A stretch of 64,000 bases of DNA, taken from positions 8,680,001 through 8,744,000 of the forward strand of contig OX597830.1 of NCBI GenBank assembly GCA_951406725.2, read 5' to 3'. Origin of the DNA: Octopus vulgaris (taxonomy: Eukaryota). Below the pieces are notes generated by a model, which was not told where the DNA came from, made no database searches, and saw only the letters and a list, made by a program, of their open reading frames with translations. The translations under genes and the position numbers were made by a program. Within the stretch, counting starts at the first letter, position 1, and every line of letters starts with the position of its first letter. Below, in pieces: positions 12,886 through 25,393 of this stretch.

Positions 12886-13582
12886 CCTAACGAAGTCGAC
12901 TTTGGTGGAATTTGAACTCAGAATATAACGACAGACGAAATGCTGCCGAGCATTTCGCCCGGCGTGCTAACGATTCTGCCAGCTCGCCTAAATTATAAGG
13001 AGAAAGACAACCTATATACATACATCAAAACAGACATACATACACATATCGACATGTGTGTATCATAGGTTATCCATCTATTAAAGTTTCATGTGAAGGT
13101 GCGTGGCTTATTGGTTTGAGCATTCGGCTCACGATCGTAAGGTTGTGAGTTCAAATCCCGGCAACGTGTTGTGTCCTTGTAAGCAGTACTTATTCTATCG
13201 GTCTCTTTTGCCGAACCGCTGGCAAGTAACGGGGACGTAAACACATCAGCATCGGTTGTCAAGCAATGCTAGGGCTGAACAAACACAGACACTACAAGGG
13301 TACACGTGTCGGTGGAGTGCTCAGCCACTTACATATATTAATATATCACGACAAGCTGTTTCGTTGATCGTATCAGCCGGGAGTGCTCCTTTTAATGTAC
13401 AGTTTTACTAGCAGAGATTTTTCAAAGGGTAAGCATGGAACAGTCTGTATGTCTCCCATTTTTACAAATATTAGAATCGTTTTTAGATGGTGACACATTT
13501 AAAGTTCTATGTTTAACATTTAAAAAATTCATATTACACTTTACCTTCTCTTCGCGCTTGCGCACGCACAAATCGTTCTTTA

Positions 13583-13624
<42 letters not shown>

Positions 13625-14218
13625 ATTCTTCAAGAAAAAGAACTCTCTAAAACTACTAAATGCTGGAAAGACCAAAGTAAAACAGACAACTGAACAGTTG
13701 ATAGAGATTTCATAACTCCGAAGTCACTGTCAACATTTTCCTTGTATAAATTAATATGTATTGAAATTCCTTTTTGTTAAATTGCTTATATATAAATATT
13801 TCGCCTAAAACGATACATCACATCCCCCCCCACACACAGACACACAGACACAGAACACAAATAGGTGTTCTTTTTATACGAACGCCACACCTAGAACCAG
13901 GCCTGAGCCGGATCTATGGCTTTAAATTGAATTTGGTACGTACATAGCTACAATATCCGAACAACACGTAATACTTTCATAGTTGTTATACCTCACTGTG
14001 AACCCTATGTTATTGTACCTAGCCATTTCTGGCGTCCTGCGTGTTGACGTGCCTAGATTCTATTGAAGCCTACGATTAATCTGTCTGTCTGCATGTATGT
14101 CAGTCCGTCCGTCTTTCTATCTGTCTGTCTGTCTGTCCATCCACCCATCCTTCTTTCTTTCTGTCTGTCTGTCTGTCTTTTGTCTGTCTGTCCATCCATC
14201 TATCCATCCATCCGCCTT

Positions 14219-14250
<32 letters not shown>

Positions 14251-15014
14251 CCTGCCTCTCTACCTATCTGTCTACATACATGCACCATGAACTCTCTTGG
14301 TTCATCCGGCATTTGACGGTTTTCGTTTTTCCTTCCGCAAGGTGTCCACAAACTACCTTACTCACCAAGTAGGTTTGCCGGTGTTACCGGTTTAGTCACG
14401 GACGGCCCAACCATGCTACAAGCTGTACTGGGTTACATCTTGACAGAATTTATGTGTATAAATACATACACACATACATATATACACACACATATATAAG
14501 GGGGGGTGTATTTATGAATGTATACACACACATATAAAACATTGTTAATTTTCCGGTTGGGTTGTCTGAGCTAGTTTGTTAGTTGTTTAGGAGTGAACTC
14601 AGTAAGGTAACGCAACCGGAACCCGTTGACAATGCGGCAATGATCAGGGATGAAAATACGAAAGCAGAGGCCAATAAAATCCTTAATCTGCAGGGGGTGT
14701 GTTTTATGGGGACAAGGGGACAATGAACCAGAAAGATCATAATGTAATTGTGGGTAACTGTGTACGTTTTAGTGCGTATGTATATGTGTGGCTGTCTGTA
14801 TATCTGTGTGTGTGTGTTTGTTATATCGTGCGTGTATGTATCGGTTTGCGTGTCTTTCTGTCTTTCCATCGTGTTGGTATGTGTGCATGTGTGTATGTGT
14901 TCATGCATGTATGTGTGTGTGTATATGTACGTTTTTGTTTGTGCAGATGTATCTGTGAATCTGTCTTTATGCCTATACACACAGCACGCGCGCACACTTT
15001 TATATATAATGTGC

Positions 15015-15420
15015 AGGCATGGCTGCGTGGTTAAGGAACTTGCTTTTGCAACTACGACATATCGGGTTCAGTCCCATTGCGCGGCACTTTGGCTGTCTTA
15101 TGCCTTGAGAATGAATTCAGAAGATGGAAATATTGTATGTGTGTACTTGTCTGCGTGCGTGTGTGCGTGTGTATGTGTGCGTGCGCGTATCCGTGTGTGG
15201 GGGTATGCGTGTGTGTATCTTTGTGCTTGTCCCAACCACCGCTTGACGACCGCTGTTAGTTTGTTTATATCGCAACACCCTAGCGTTTCGGCAAAAGGGC
15301 TCTCATAGAATAAGTAGAAGGCTTAAAAATAACTCCTGGGGTAGATTTGTTTGATTAAGCCCTTCAAGACGATGCTCCAGCATGGTCGCAGTCCAATCGC
15401 TGAAACTAGTAAAGAATACA
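15015..15420 (+). mobile_element. Diverged SINE family C
   Basis: ggcatggctgcgtggttaagg...ggttcagtcccattgcgcggcac...gatgctccagcatggtcgcagtcc. Confidence 0.75.
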
Positions 15421-15494
15421 AGGTAAAATATCTGTCTGTCTATCTGTCTGTCTGCTGATACGTTCTGAGTTCAAATTCCGCCGAGGAAAGATTC

Positions 15495-15595
15495 ATCTGA
15501 ATCTATCCAGCGGTTCTTTAGATATTTTGTCCACGTACAAACAAAGAAAGGCGACCGTAAACAATACCTCCGCCTTCGTTATGGCGGAGGTAATA
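15495..15595 (+). mobile_element. Helentron/HINE-like element end
   Basis: Terminal hairpin tacctccgcc-ttcgttat-ggcggaggta (15565-15592) resembling non-autonomous Helentron 3' ends. Confidence 0.5.
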
Positions 15596-15957
15596 ACTAA
15601 TTTGAAAGAGAAAGAGAGAAATAGAAACAGAGAGAGATAGGGAGATGGGAATGAGATTGGCAGGTGATCTATAATATAATAGGAATACAGTTACGTAAGG
15701 AGTGAGAGATACGTGGTTCGAATCCTGCTACAAATGGTCTCTTATAAGCTGTGTTTCAAATTGTTTCTTAACATATTAATTTCTTAACCAATGTCTCGCG
15801 ATAACAGTTTTAGTACTATGTACTTTGAATTCAAATTCCACCAAAGGTAACCTGGATTTTCATCCATTAGAACGAAGAGTAGCTTGGTAGAATGTTAAAC
15901 GGCTCTGTGCGTTTTTAGTTCAAATCCAGCCTACAGACAACGAATGAAGATCTATCT

Positions 15958-16013
<56 letters not shown>

Positions 16014-16079
16014 ATAAAACGGTAAGATAACAAAAGAAAGAAAGAGACCTCAATATTATGTAAATAGAGGAAATTTATC

Positions 16080-16293
16080 TATACAATATGTTACATTACT
16101 CGGTAGTCAAGATAAAACTCTGAGTTTCAGATGCCGAAGTGGAAATCCACAACACCATCTCTTCGGTTATCTGGCTATTTGATAACGTTTTCAAATAGCC
16201 AGATAACCGAAGAGATGGTGTTGTGGATTTCCACTTCGGCATCTGAAACTCAGAGTTTTATCTTGACTACCGAGTAATGTAAAATATTGTATA
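16080..16293. repeat. Near-perfect ~100-bp-arm hairpin within (TA)n
   Basis: 16080-16182 is the reverse complement of 16191-16293; 8-nt loop; one mismatch seen. Confidence 0.95.
16201..16263 (+). ncRNA. Type I hammerhead-like motif (core CCGAAGA); mirror copy 16110-16172 on the minus strand
   Basis: agataa CCGAAGA gatg...catc t GAA actc a gagt t ttatct: 6-bp stem I, stem II gatg/catc, stem III actc/gagt. Confidence 0.6.
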
Positions 16294-17260
16294 TATATAT
16301 ATATATATATATATACGAGAGAGACAGAGAGAGAGTTATCTACACACTTCTGTGTATGTATATATATATATATATATATGTGTGTCTACATATAGACACA
16401 CATACAACACACACATATATGTAAATATATTTTTATATAGATATATAAGCATATGTGTGTATATACGTATATATATGTAAATATATATATATAATATATA
16501 GATATGAGAAAAATATATTTGCGTACATATACACACATAAACATATATAAGGATATATAAATATTATATATCCTTATATACACATACATGCATACACATG
16601 CGCGTGCGAGCGCGATATCCAGCTGGGAAACTTGTAAGTTCGACTTTCTCAAACAATTAATTTATATTCTATCCACATCATTCTCTATCTTACGAAGTTT
16701 TCATTTTAGTTTCCTAATTTTAAAATGAATTTTGTGTGTGTGTGTGCCGCGGTGGCAGTGTTTCTGGTAGTGGTGGTGGTGGTGGAAGTGCCGGTGGTGA
16801 TAGCTATTGTGGTTGGAGAAGTGGTGAAATTAGTAATGGTGGTGGTGGTGGTGGTGATGGCAGAAGTTGCAGTGATGATGATGATGATGGGGGGGGGGGG
16901 TGATGGTGTTGGCAATGGATGGAGGTCGCAGTGAGAGAGTCGGCGGTGGTGTTTAAGGAATTGCTAATCTGTCAGAATAATTCTGGTATTTCATCATTTT
17001 CTTTCTTTCCTTCTTTCTTTCTTTCTTTTTTTCTTTCTTTCCCCCACCCCACCCTCCGGTCTTTGTCACTCTCTTCATTTTTACAAAAATAAATACCATT
17101 TAATAACAGACGATAGTGCTGCAGTAATTCTATAGCCGCGCAATATATATTGTTTGGTTATGGTGCAATCTACTCATTATAGACACTTGCAAATGCACAT
17201 CTGTGCTGCTATGGCTATATGTGTGTTATACATACAGCTGTAAGTATATATGTATATATA

Positions 17261-17712
17261 CGAGGGTGAGTCAAAAAGTAATGCCATTTTGTTTAGGACA
17301 GGTATAATTACCAACGCAGGAACATGTATCATACAACAAAATGGAGCTGGTCCTCTGTGGATCACATCCCTACTTCTCAACATAGTCACTATTTCTCTCA
17401 ATAGCAATGTTCCACCTTCGGATGAGAGCATGTATCCCTGCCCCGTAAAATTCTGTTGACTGTTCTTTGAGCGACTTCTTTACTACCTCCACACTCACCA
17501 GATTTAGCGCCTTCAGACTGTCATCTCTTCGGCACCACGAAAGAGGATTTGAGAGGCAAACATTATTCCAGTGACGAGTAAGTTAAAACTGTAATGAAGT
17601 GTGTCAAGGAATAGTCAACAGAATTTTACGGGGCAAGGATGCATGCTCTCATTCGAAGGTGGAACATTGCTATTGAGAGAAACAGTGATTACGTTGAGAA
17701 GTATGGATGTGG
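17261..17712. mobile_element. Mariner-derived fold-back element built from two inverted 3' ends
   Basis: Starts ta-cgagggtgagtcaaaaagt (mariner-like TIR); plus-strand remnant HSPDLAPSDCHLFG...LRGKHYSSDE...RRWNIAIERNSDYVEK; ~17360-17475 inverted to ~17600-17712. Confidence 0.8.
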
Positions 17713-17861
17713 TATTGAGCAGAATATTTGCTGTAGCCCATCTTTTATACCAAGACAAAACAATGTACATGATGACACTTCCAATCAGTTAAGATCAAAA
17801 ACCATGAGACCCACTGCCTGGTACTGCATCAGGGCATTTATTATTATTATTATTATTATTA

Positions 17862-17926
<65 letters not shown>

Positions 17927-17927
<1 letters not shown>

Positions 17928-18205
17928 GAAAATTCACAGCTTATTTTGCTGGGTATGATGGAAAGTGTCAGCTGTCCACAGCCAGCAGACTAAGGTGACA
18001 CTTGTTTTATTGGTCATGCTTCAAGAACTCTGCAAAGAATTCTTGCAGTTCCAAGCAATGCTAATTTTTGTAGGTGTTCTACCTTCACACTTGCACCAAT
18101 TTTTTCCAGCCATGTTGGTAGTTATGGGCTGATACTTCCAAGAGCACCATTGACCAGAAACTTCGTATTTCCCACTTCAAATCGTCAAAGTTGTTTATTT
18201 TTCTC

Positions 18206-18207
<2 letters not shown>
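17927..18207 (-). mobile_element. 5'-truncated Dong/R4-like LINE between (TAA)n runs
   Basis: Minus translation DLKWEI.../GALGSISP*LPTWLEKIG...LQKLALLGTARILCRVLEA*; (ATT)n on both sides (17837-17924, 18208-18257). Confidence 0.8.
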
Positions 18208-18245
<38 letters not shown>

Positions 18246-18341
18246 GTTATTATTATTAGCAGTAAATATATAAATAATTAATAATAACAATGATAATAAT
18301 ATTAGTGGCCAGCAAGTAATAATGCCGTTAAATGGTTAAAC

Positions 18342-18675
18342 AATAAAATTTTATAATTAATTTATAATTATAATAGAGGGTACACGAAGTACCAGCTTGC
18401 TAGAAACAAGAGTTAAAATCTTCAAACAAGCCACTATATCACTGAAAAACATAACAAACCAACAGAAATCAGGCAAACGAGCGGAGAAATTTAACATACC
18501 AATTCAGTTGAAAGCTGTAGAATGAGGTAAGAGATATACCTGTATCATGGTTTCGAATTTGGAGTGATTCCGTTATTCTCCTCAGCACGTCTTACTAATG
18601 TTAAAAATCCTAAATTCTTGTTTCTAGAAACCTCTTCGTGTACCCTCTATTATAAATATAAATTATAAAATTTTT
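18342..18675. mobile_element. Inverted-repeat-bounded island with a hammerhead-like motif (18539-18589, minus)
   Basis: ataatagagggtacacgaag pairs with cttcgtgtaccctctattat; minus strand cgtg CTGAGGA gaat...attc GAAA ccatga ta cagg. Confidence 0.6.
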
Positions 18676-18685
18676 CATACATACA

Positions 18686-18846
18686 GGCGCAGGAGTAGCT
18701 GTTGAGTAAGTAGCTTGCTTACCAACTACATAGTTCTGGGTTCAGTCCCACTGTGTGGCACCTTGGTTAGATGTCTTCTACTATAGCCTCGACCCATAAA
18801 GGCCATGTGAGTGGATTTGGAAGACGGAAACTGAAAGAAATCCGTC

Positions 18847-18908
<62 letters not shown>

Positions 18909-19657
18909 CGTGGCACTCCGTCGGTTACGATGACGAGAGTCCCAGTTGATCCGATCATCGGAACAGCCTGCTCGTGAAATTAACGTGTAAGTGACTGAGC
19001 ACTCCACAGACACGTGTACCCCTAACGTAGTTCTTAGGGAGATTTAGCATGACACAGAGTGTGACAAGGCTGGCCCTTTGAAATACAGGTACAACAGAAA
19101 CAGGACGACGATGAGGGTCCCAGCTGATACGATCAACGGAGCAGCTTGCTTGTGAAATTAACGTGCAAGTGGCTGAGCACTCCACAGACACGTGTACCCG
19201 TAACGTAATTCTCGGGGAAATTCAGCGTGACAAGATTGGCCCTCTAAAATACAGGTACAACAGAAACAGAAAGAAAGAGTGAGAGGAAGTTGTGGTGAAA
19301 GAATACAGCCGGGTTCGCCACCCACCCTCTGCCGGAGCCTTGTGGAGCTTTGGGTGTTTTCGTTCAATAAAAACTCACAACGCCCGGTCTGGGAATCGAA
19401 ACCGCGATCCTACGACCGCGAGTCCGCTTCCCTAACCACTGGGCCATTGCACCTCCACATGTATGTATGTATTTGTGAGTCTGTAGTTGTCCCTCAACCA
19501 TCGTTTGACAACTGATGGTGGTGTGTTTATGTCCTCGTAACTGAGCGGTTCGGCAAAAGAGACTGATACAAGTCCTGGGGTCGATTTGTTCGACTAAAGG
19601 CGGTGCTCCAGCATGGCCGCAGTCAAATGACTGAAACAAATAAAAGAGTAAAAGAGT
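18686..19657 (+). mobile_element. SINE family C split by an insertion in its internal microsatellite
   Basis: 5' half 18686-18850, 3' half ~19480-19657, with a minus-strand SINE between. Confidence 0.75.
18908..19457 (-). mobile_element. SINE head H1 + tandemly duplicated tail T2
   Basis: H1 head at ~19380-19457; T2 present twice (~18908-19100 and ~19105-19265). Confidence 0.8.
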
Positions 19658-19698
19658 ATATATACATATATATATGAATATATATGTATATATAATGC

Positions 19699-19733
<35 letters not shown>

Positions 19734-19736
<3 letters not shown>

Positions 19737-20115
19737 GCAGTATCGCCCGGCGTTGCTCGGGTTTGTAAGGGAAATAACTATAAAGCATTTTTAGAGAGTT
19801 ATAGCCAAAAATAGCCAAAAAATGGGAAAAAAATGATGGTAAATTTTTTTGAGAGTTAAAAAGGTCGAGTTGCGTCACCTACACCATCTGTGGTTTGTGT
19901 TTCTGATTCTCGACCCCATGTCGAATTTATCGATCTTTTTCAGAACTGGGGGAACTTTTCAAAATTTTCGCTGCGTTAGTTTTGACTTATGACATTGGGC
20001 TATGTGTGTGTCAAGTTTCATCAGAATCGGTTGAAAGCCGTGGTCAGGGTGAGGGTACAACCTAACAGACACACAGACACGCACACAGACAAACTGCCGT
20101 TTATATAGAGAGAGA
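19734..20115 (-). mobile_element. Non-autonomous Helitron (Lep1-like architecture)
   Basis: Minus strand begins TCTCTCTCTATATAAA, has a (CTGT/GT) tract, and ends with hairpin cccgagcaacgccggg then gatactgctac (CTAG-like end). Confidence 0.75.
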
Positions 20116-20131
20116 TATGTATATATAATGC

Positions 20132-20166
<35 letters not shown>

Positions 20167-20168
<2 letters not shown>

Positions 20169-20555
20169 CACAGGAGTGGCTGTGTGGTAAGTAGCTTGCT
20201 AACCAACCACATGGTTCCGGGTTCAGTCGCACTGCGTGGCATCTTGGGCAAGTGTCTTCTGCTATAGCCTCGGGCCGACCAATGCCTTGTGAGTGGATTT
20301 GGTAGACGGAAACTGAAAGAAGCCTGTCGTATATATGTATATATATGTGTATGTGTTTGTGTGTCTGTGTTTGTACCTCTAGCATTGCTTAACAACCGAT
20401 GCTGGTGTGTTTACGTCCCCGTCACAAAGAGACCGATAGAATAAGTATTGGGCTTACTAAGAATAAGTCCCGGGGTCGAGTTGCTCGACTAAAGGCGGTG
20501 CCCCAGCATGGCCGCAGTCAAATGACTGAAACGTGTAAAAGAGTAAAAGAGCAAA
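20167..20555 (+). mobile_element. Full-length SINE family C
   Basis: Head, internal (TA/TG) tract and tail ggcggtgccccagcatggccgcagtcaaatgactgaaac. Confidence 0.9.
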
Positions 20556-20556
20556 G

Positions 20557-20609
<53 letters not shown>

Positions 20610-20997
20610 AACATATGAATACGCACACACAAATGCATAGTACACCCATGAACACACGCACGCATACGTTTTTTTATATATTAAAATATCAACATTAAGC
20701 ACATCTTTCTAACACATTCTCTTTCTCCCAGTCTCTCTCTCTCTCCCCACACTCTAACTCCCCTCCTCCTTTCACCACTTCCTTCAACGTCACATGCTAT
20801 GCCCACACCCTCTCCCTCTCTCTCAGACTATATTTGCCATGGTTAACATTTCATAAGAATTAATGAATAAATAGATAGAAATGGTAAAGTCTTGGAGATT
20901 GGTTTTCCTTCTCGTTTCACAGATTACACAGCTGTTTCGCATAAACACACCACCAACAGATAGAGGCGGGGATTTATCTACGTGTACGTCTGTCTAC

Positions 20998-21077
<80 letters not shown>

Positions 21078-22260
21078 GTATACACACACACACATATATA
21101 TATATAAGTATATATATATATATATACAGGTAGATAGAGAAACATAAATATATGTGTCTGTAAGTATATATAATGTATATAATACTCACACACATATGTT
21201 ATATATATGTATATATATATGTATATATATGCATACACATACATTTATACAATATATATATGTGTGTATGTATATATATATATATATATATACATACACA
21301 CACATGTAGAGATAGGTATGAAGATAAAGAAAGGCATACGAATAGACACACACATCGCCATATCCACCTGCTGATGGAAAATCTCTCCAAAATAGTTTTC
21401 CTCATCACCTCCTTTAATTTATTGCTAATCAATTATCCAAAATTTTCACCCAGTAATCTTAAAATTGGCAGTGTCAGAGTAAAGGTATCTACACCACCAC
21501 CACCATCTCGAACAGCGACAAGACACTAGTAACAACAAGAACATTAACAAGATCAACGTCAAAGTTAGTTACAGCTGCACAAAGAATGTCAGCAAAATCG
21601 TAATCATGAGTAAAGCCCGAAAGACGTAACGGAAACAACATCCAGGAAGCAGGATGAATGGCGGAGTATAACAAAATAATTTCGTTTGGAGCAGGTGTTA
21701 TTGCTGATGCTGTTTAACCCCTTGTCATTCATGATCATTTCAGCCGTGACCATCTCATCAAGGGGTGCATGTAGGTCAAGATTACATTATCTACATTTTC
21801 CTATCCAATACAATGGAGTATTATTTGAAGGAGATTTGGCTGCTATTTGGAGCAGGTTGAATTGCCCCCTAGCGAATGCCTCCTTAACACATAGTAAAAC
21901 AGTTTATAGATAAAGCTAAAGTAGCAATCCCAATTAAGCAACAGGAAAAGGGAGAAATGTGATATCTACAGCTTAATGTAAATTGAGGAAAATTTGGTTG
22001 TTATTTCTAGCCTGACGAACGACCAAATAATGGCGCCTGCATCGGTTCATCTGTTGACTGTTATTGTTTTTAATGTCTCAGAAGAAATTCCGGCTCTTTG
22101 CGTTTTGAGTTCAAATGCTGCTGGGGTCAAATCTATGGTTTATCCTCACGGGGTCGGTCGATAAAGTAAAGTAGCAAACCAATACAGGAATCGAGAGTAT
22201 CGCCTAACCCCTCTCCCTTAAAATCGCTCGCCTTTTACCTTAATTAGAAACCAATATATC

Positions 22261-22302
<42 letters not shown>

Positions 22303-23300
22303 TGTTGGGCAAGTGGTGCTAGGGTAAAAAGAATCGGTAGATCACTGAAAAGAATGGCATACGGCGTTAAGCTACCCCGCTTCATGTTCTGAGTTTTAAA
22401 AAAAATCGTACAAGAATTATCTTGTAGTCTCTCTGAATTCAAGAAAATAAGGTACCAACGAAACACTGGCAGTATTGATATAATCAACTGTACCCTTTTC
22501 ATCTATCCTATCCTTCAAAATGTGGGGCCTTATGCCTGTCAGAGAAAAAAAATTATTTGAAGTAGTGAGAATTATTTTTGACACGGTTATAATTGTAGTT
22601 TCAATTATCGGAAAAAACACCAAAAGACAACAAAAAACAAAAGATCTCGAAGTAATATACAAGATTAAATAAAAATATAGCGAAGAAAATACGAGCCAAA
22701 AAATATGCAATTGAGTGAGTACGCATGTCACCGTATTTTGTTCATTTATTGATTTCTTCTGTTTTATCTTTTGTTCCTGTTTTTACCATTTTTTTCTTCT
22801 CTATTACTGGTTATTTTTGTAAAAGGTGAGAATTAAAAATAGATTCTGAAAATAACTTAGTTTCGGTGGAAAATAAAAAAAGAGATAAAAAACAACAGCA
22901 GCAACAACAAGGTTTTATAAACAGTTGCATTCATTGTGGATATTTTATTAGTATTTTATTAGTTGCTGAAATCGGGCGAGTTTAAATTAGCCAGGATGAT
23001 CTAGTACAATACTTGATAACGCGTGTTTAAACGAGATAAGACGAGATTATAACAGGAATGTATACCAAGCTGTCATTAAATGTAATCGGAGATAATTTGT
23101 GATAAGTATGAGATTGTTAACGAGGCTTGACACGAGATAACGCGGGACTATATGAAGCAACATCTCACATTATAGACAACGTTTTTTCATGTAAGACATG
23201 TTTATACTGCATATAGATATACATACATACATATATATGTGTGTAAATTGATGTTATGTAATATATTTTAAGTATAGTATATATATGTATGTGTGTGTGA

Positions 23301-23353
<53 letters not shown>

Positions 23354-23992
23354 GTGTGCGGGTGTGTAAAGGAAGCGAAAGAGGCGAAGGAGATGAAAGA
23401 AAACAAGAAGCAATGAACTTTTTTTTTTAAGCGTTATGCTTAAACAATTAAATAATTTTTCGAAATTTGCACATATAAGATGGTGGATGAAGTGAAATGA
23501 ACAAGCTGCAACGATTAAAAGGCGCGAGATACGCCGTGTGGTACGATGGCTGCCTTACACTTTCATTAAGAATGAAGGACTTTAATACCACCATCATGCA
23601 CAGATTGACAAACAGACAGACACACACACATTTATGAAATCATATGGATTGCCGATTATTAACGATTATTGCCGATCATTAACGATTATTTTTCATTTTC
23701 GCTCAGTGCGGTTTATTTCATTATATTCGCCATTTATCTTTTATCGTTTACTTGCTTCATTTATTGGGTTGCGGCCATGCTGGGGCAATGCCTTGAAAAG
23801 TCTAATCTGACAAATCAACGGCGTATTTATTTTCTTTACAGCCTTGTACTTATTCCATTAGGTACTGTTAAGCGATGCTGGGAGACAAACACAAACACAG
23901 ACACACACATAGATATGTACATACATGCATATGGATATGCACACACACATATACATACATATGTACATGCGTGTGTGTGTGTGTGTGTGTAA

Positions 23993-24696
23993 TTACAAAC
24001 AAGGACTTGGAAAAAGGGTGCCCCAGGAATTGTCCTAAAGCAACCGTAGATCCCGAGTTGACATCTGCTCTTCTCTCCATTTTCGCGAACTCATTTCACC
24101 CTTTTTGGATAGACTTGTGACTGGTGACGAAAAATGGATCTTCTATCGAAATGTTAAACGTCGTAAACAGTGGCTTGGTAAAAGGGAAAAAGCTCAACCA
24201 CAACCGAGAAGGGAACTTCATGGGGAAAAAGGTTCTTCTCTGTATCTAGTGGGATTGCAAAGGAGTAATTCACTTTGAATTGTTACCACCTAATGCAACA
24301 ATCAATGCTCAAGTCTACTGTCAGCAATTAGAGCGTTTGAACCAAGCTTTGAAGAAAAAAAGACCCGCTTTAGTGAATCGAAAAGGAGTAATGTTTCATC
24401 AGGACAATGCGTGACCCCACACTGCAAAGATCACATCACAGAAGATCGAAGAGCTTGGTTGGGAAAAGATTTCTCATCCACCTTATCCTCCCAGCTTTGC
24501 TTCTTCAGACTACCATTTGTTTCGTAGCTTACATAATCATTTGGAGGACATAACTTTCGCAAGCCAATAGGAGGTCGGAACTGACATTGCAGTTCTTCGC
24601 TTTGAAACCAAAAGAGTTTTACATTGATGGGATTAAAAAGCTTGTAAACAGATGGAAGGAAGTCATAGATAACCAGGGAAAGTACGTTGATGATTA
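23993..24696 (+). pseudogene. Mariner (DD34D) transposase remnant
   Basis: Manual translation: VPQELS...FLDRLVTGDEKWIFY...KGVMFHQDNA*PHT...HPPYPPSFASSDYHLF...RWKEVIDNQGKYVDD*; stops and frameshifts; N-terminus missing. Confidence 0.92.
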
Positions 24697-24760
24697 AATT
24701 TCAATTAAATATAACATTTGATCACTTGTTTTCTTTATTCTATATATATATATATATATT

Positions 24761-24968
24761 GGAAGGTTTGGAGATGATGTACAGGTATTATATATTAGAA
24801 GAAATGAGGTAATCATAAGATCGGATGGTTTGCAGATATTTATTTATATATTACATTTTTTACATATATATCATATCGTGATATGATATATATGTAAAAA
24901 AATGTAATATATAAATAAATATCTGCAAATATAAACCATCCGATCTTCTGATTACCTCATTTCTTCTA

Positions 24969-24975
<7 letters not shown>
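24761..24975. repeat. Fold-back island in (TA)n
   Basis: tatattagaagaaatgaggtaatca...ttacattttttacata pairs with tatgtaaaaaatgtaa...tgattacctcatttcttctaatata; single-arm relative at ~53290-53395. Confidence 0.85.
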
Positions 24976-25021
<46 letters not shown>

Positions 25022-25114
25022 GAGGCGCAACTTGCACGTTAATTTCGCGAGCAATCTGTTCCGTTGATCCTATCAGCTGGAACCCTCGTCCTCGTGACTA
25101 ACGGAGTGCCACGA

Positions 25115-25185
<71 letters not shown>

Positions 25186-25356
25186 CATGTATATAAATTA
25201 GAGAAGAACCACCATGTAGCAATTCAACAATTATATACTTAAATCATACTATATAGAAAAAATTGAAGATACGATAAAATATTTACATGGAACTAAATAA
25301 ATTACGAAATAACTTTTCCCTGTAATTTTTCCCTGTAAGTTGGGAATCATATCATA

Positions 25357-25393
<37 letters not shown>

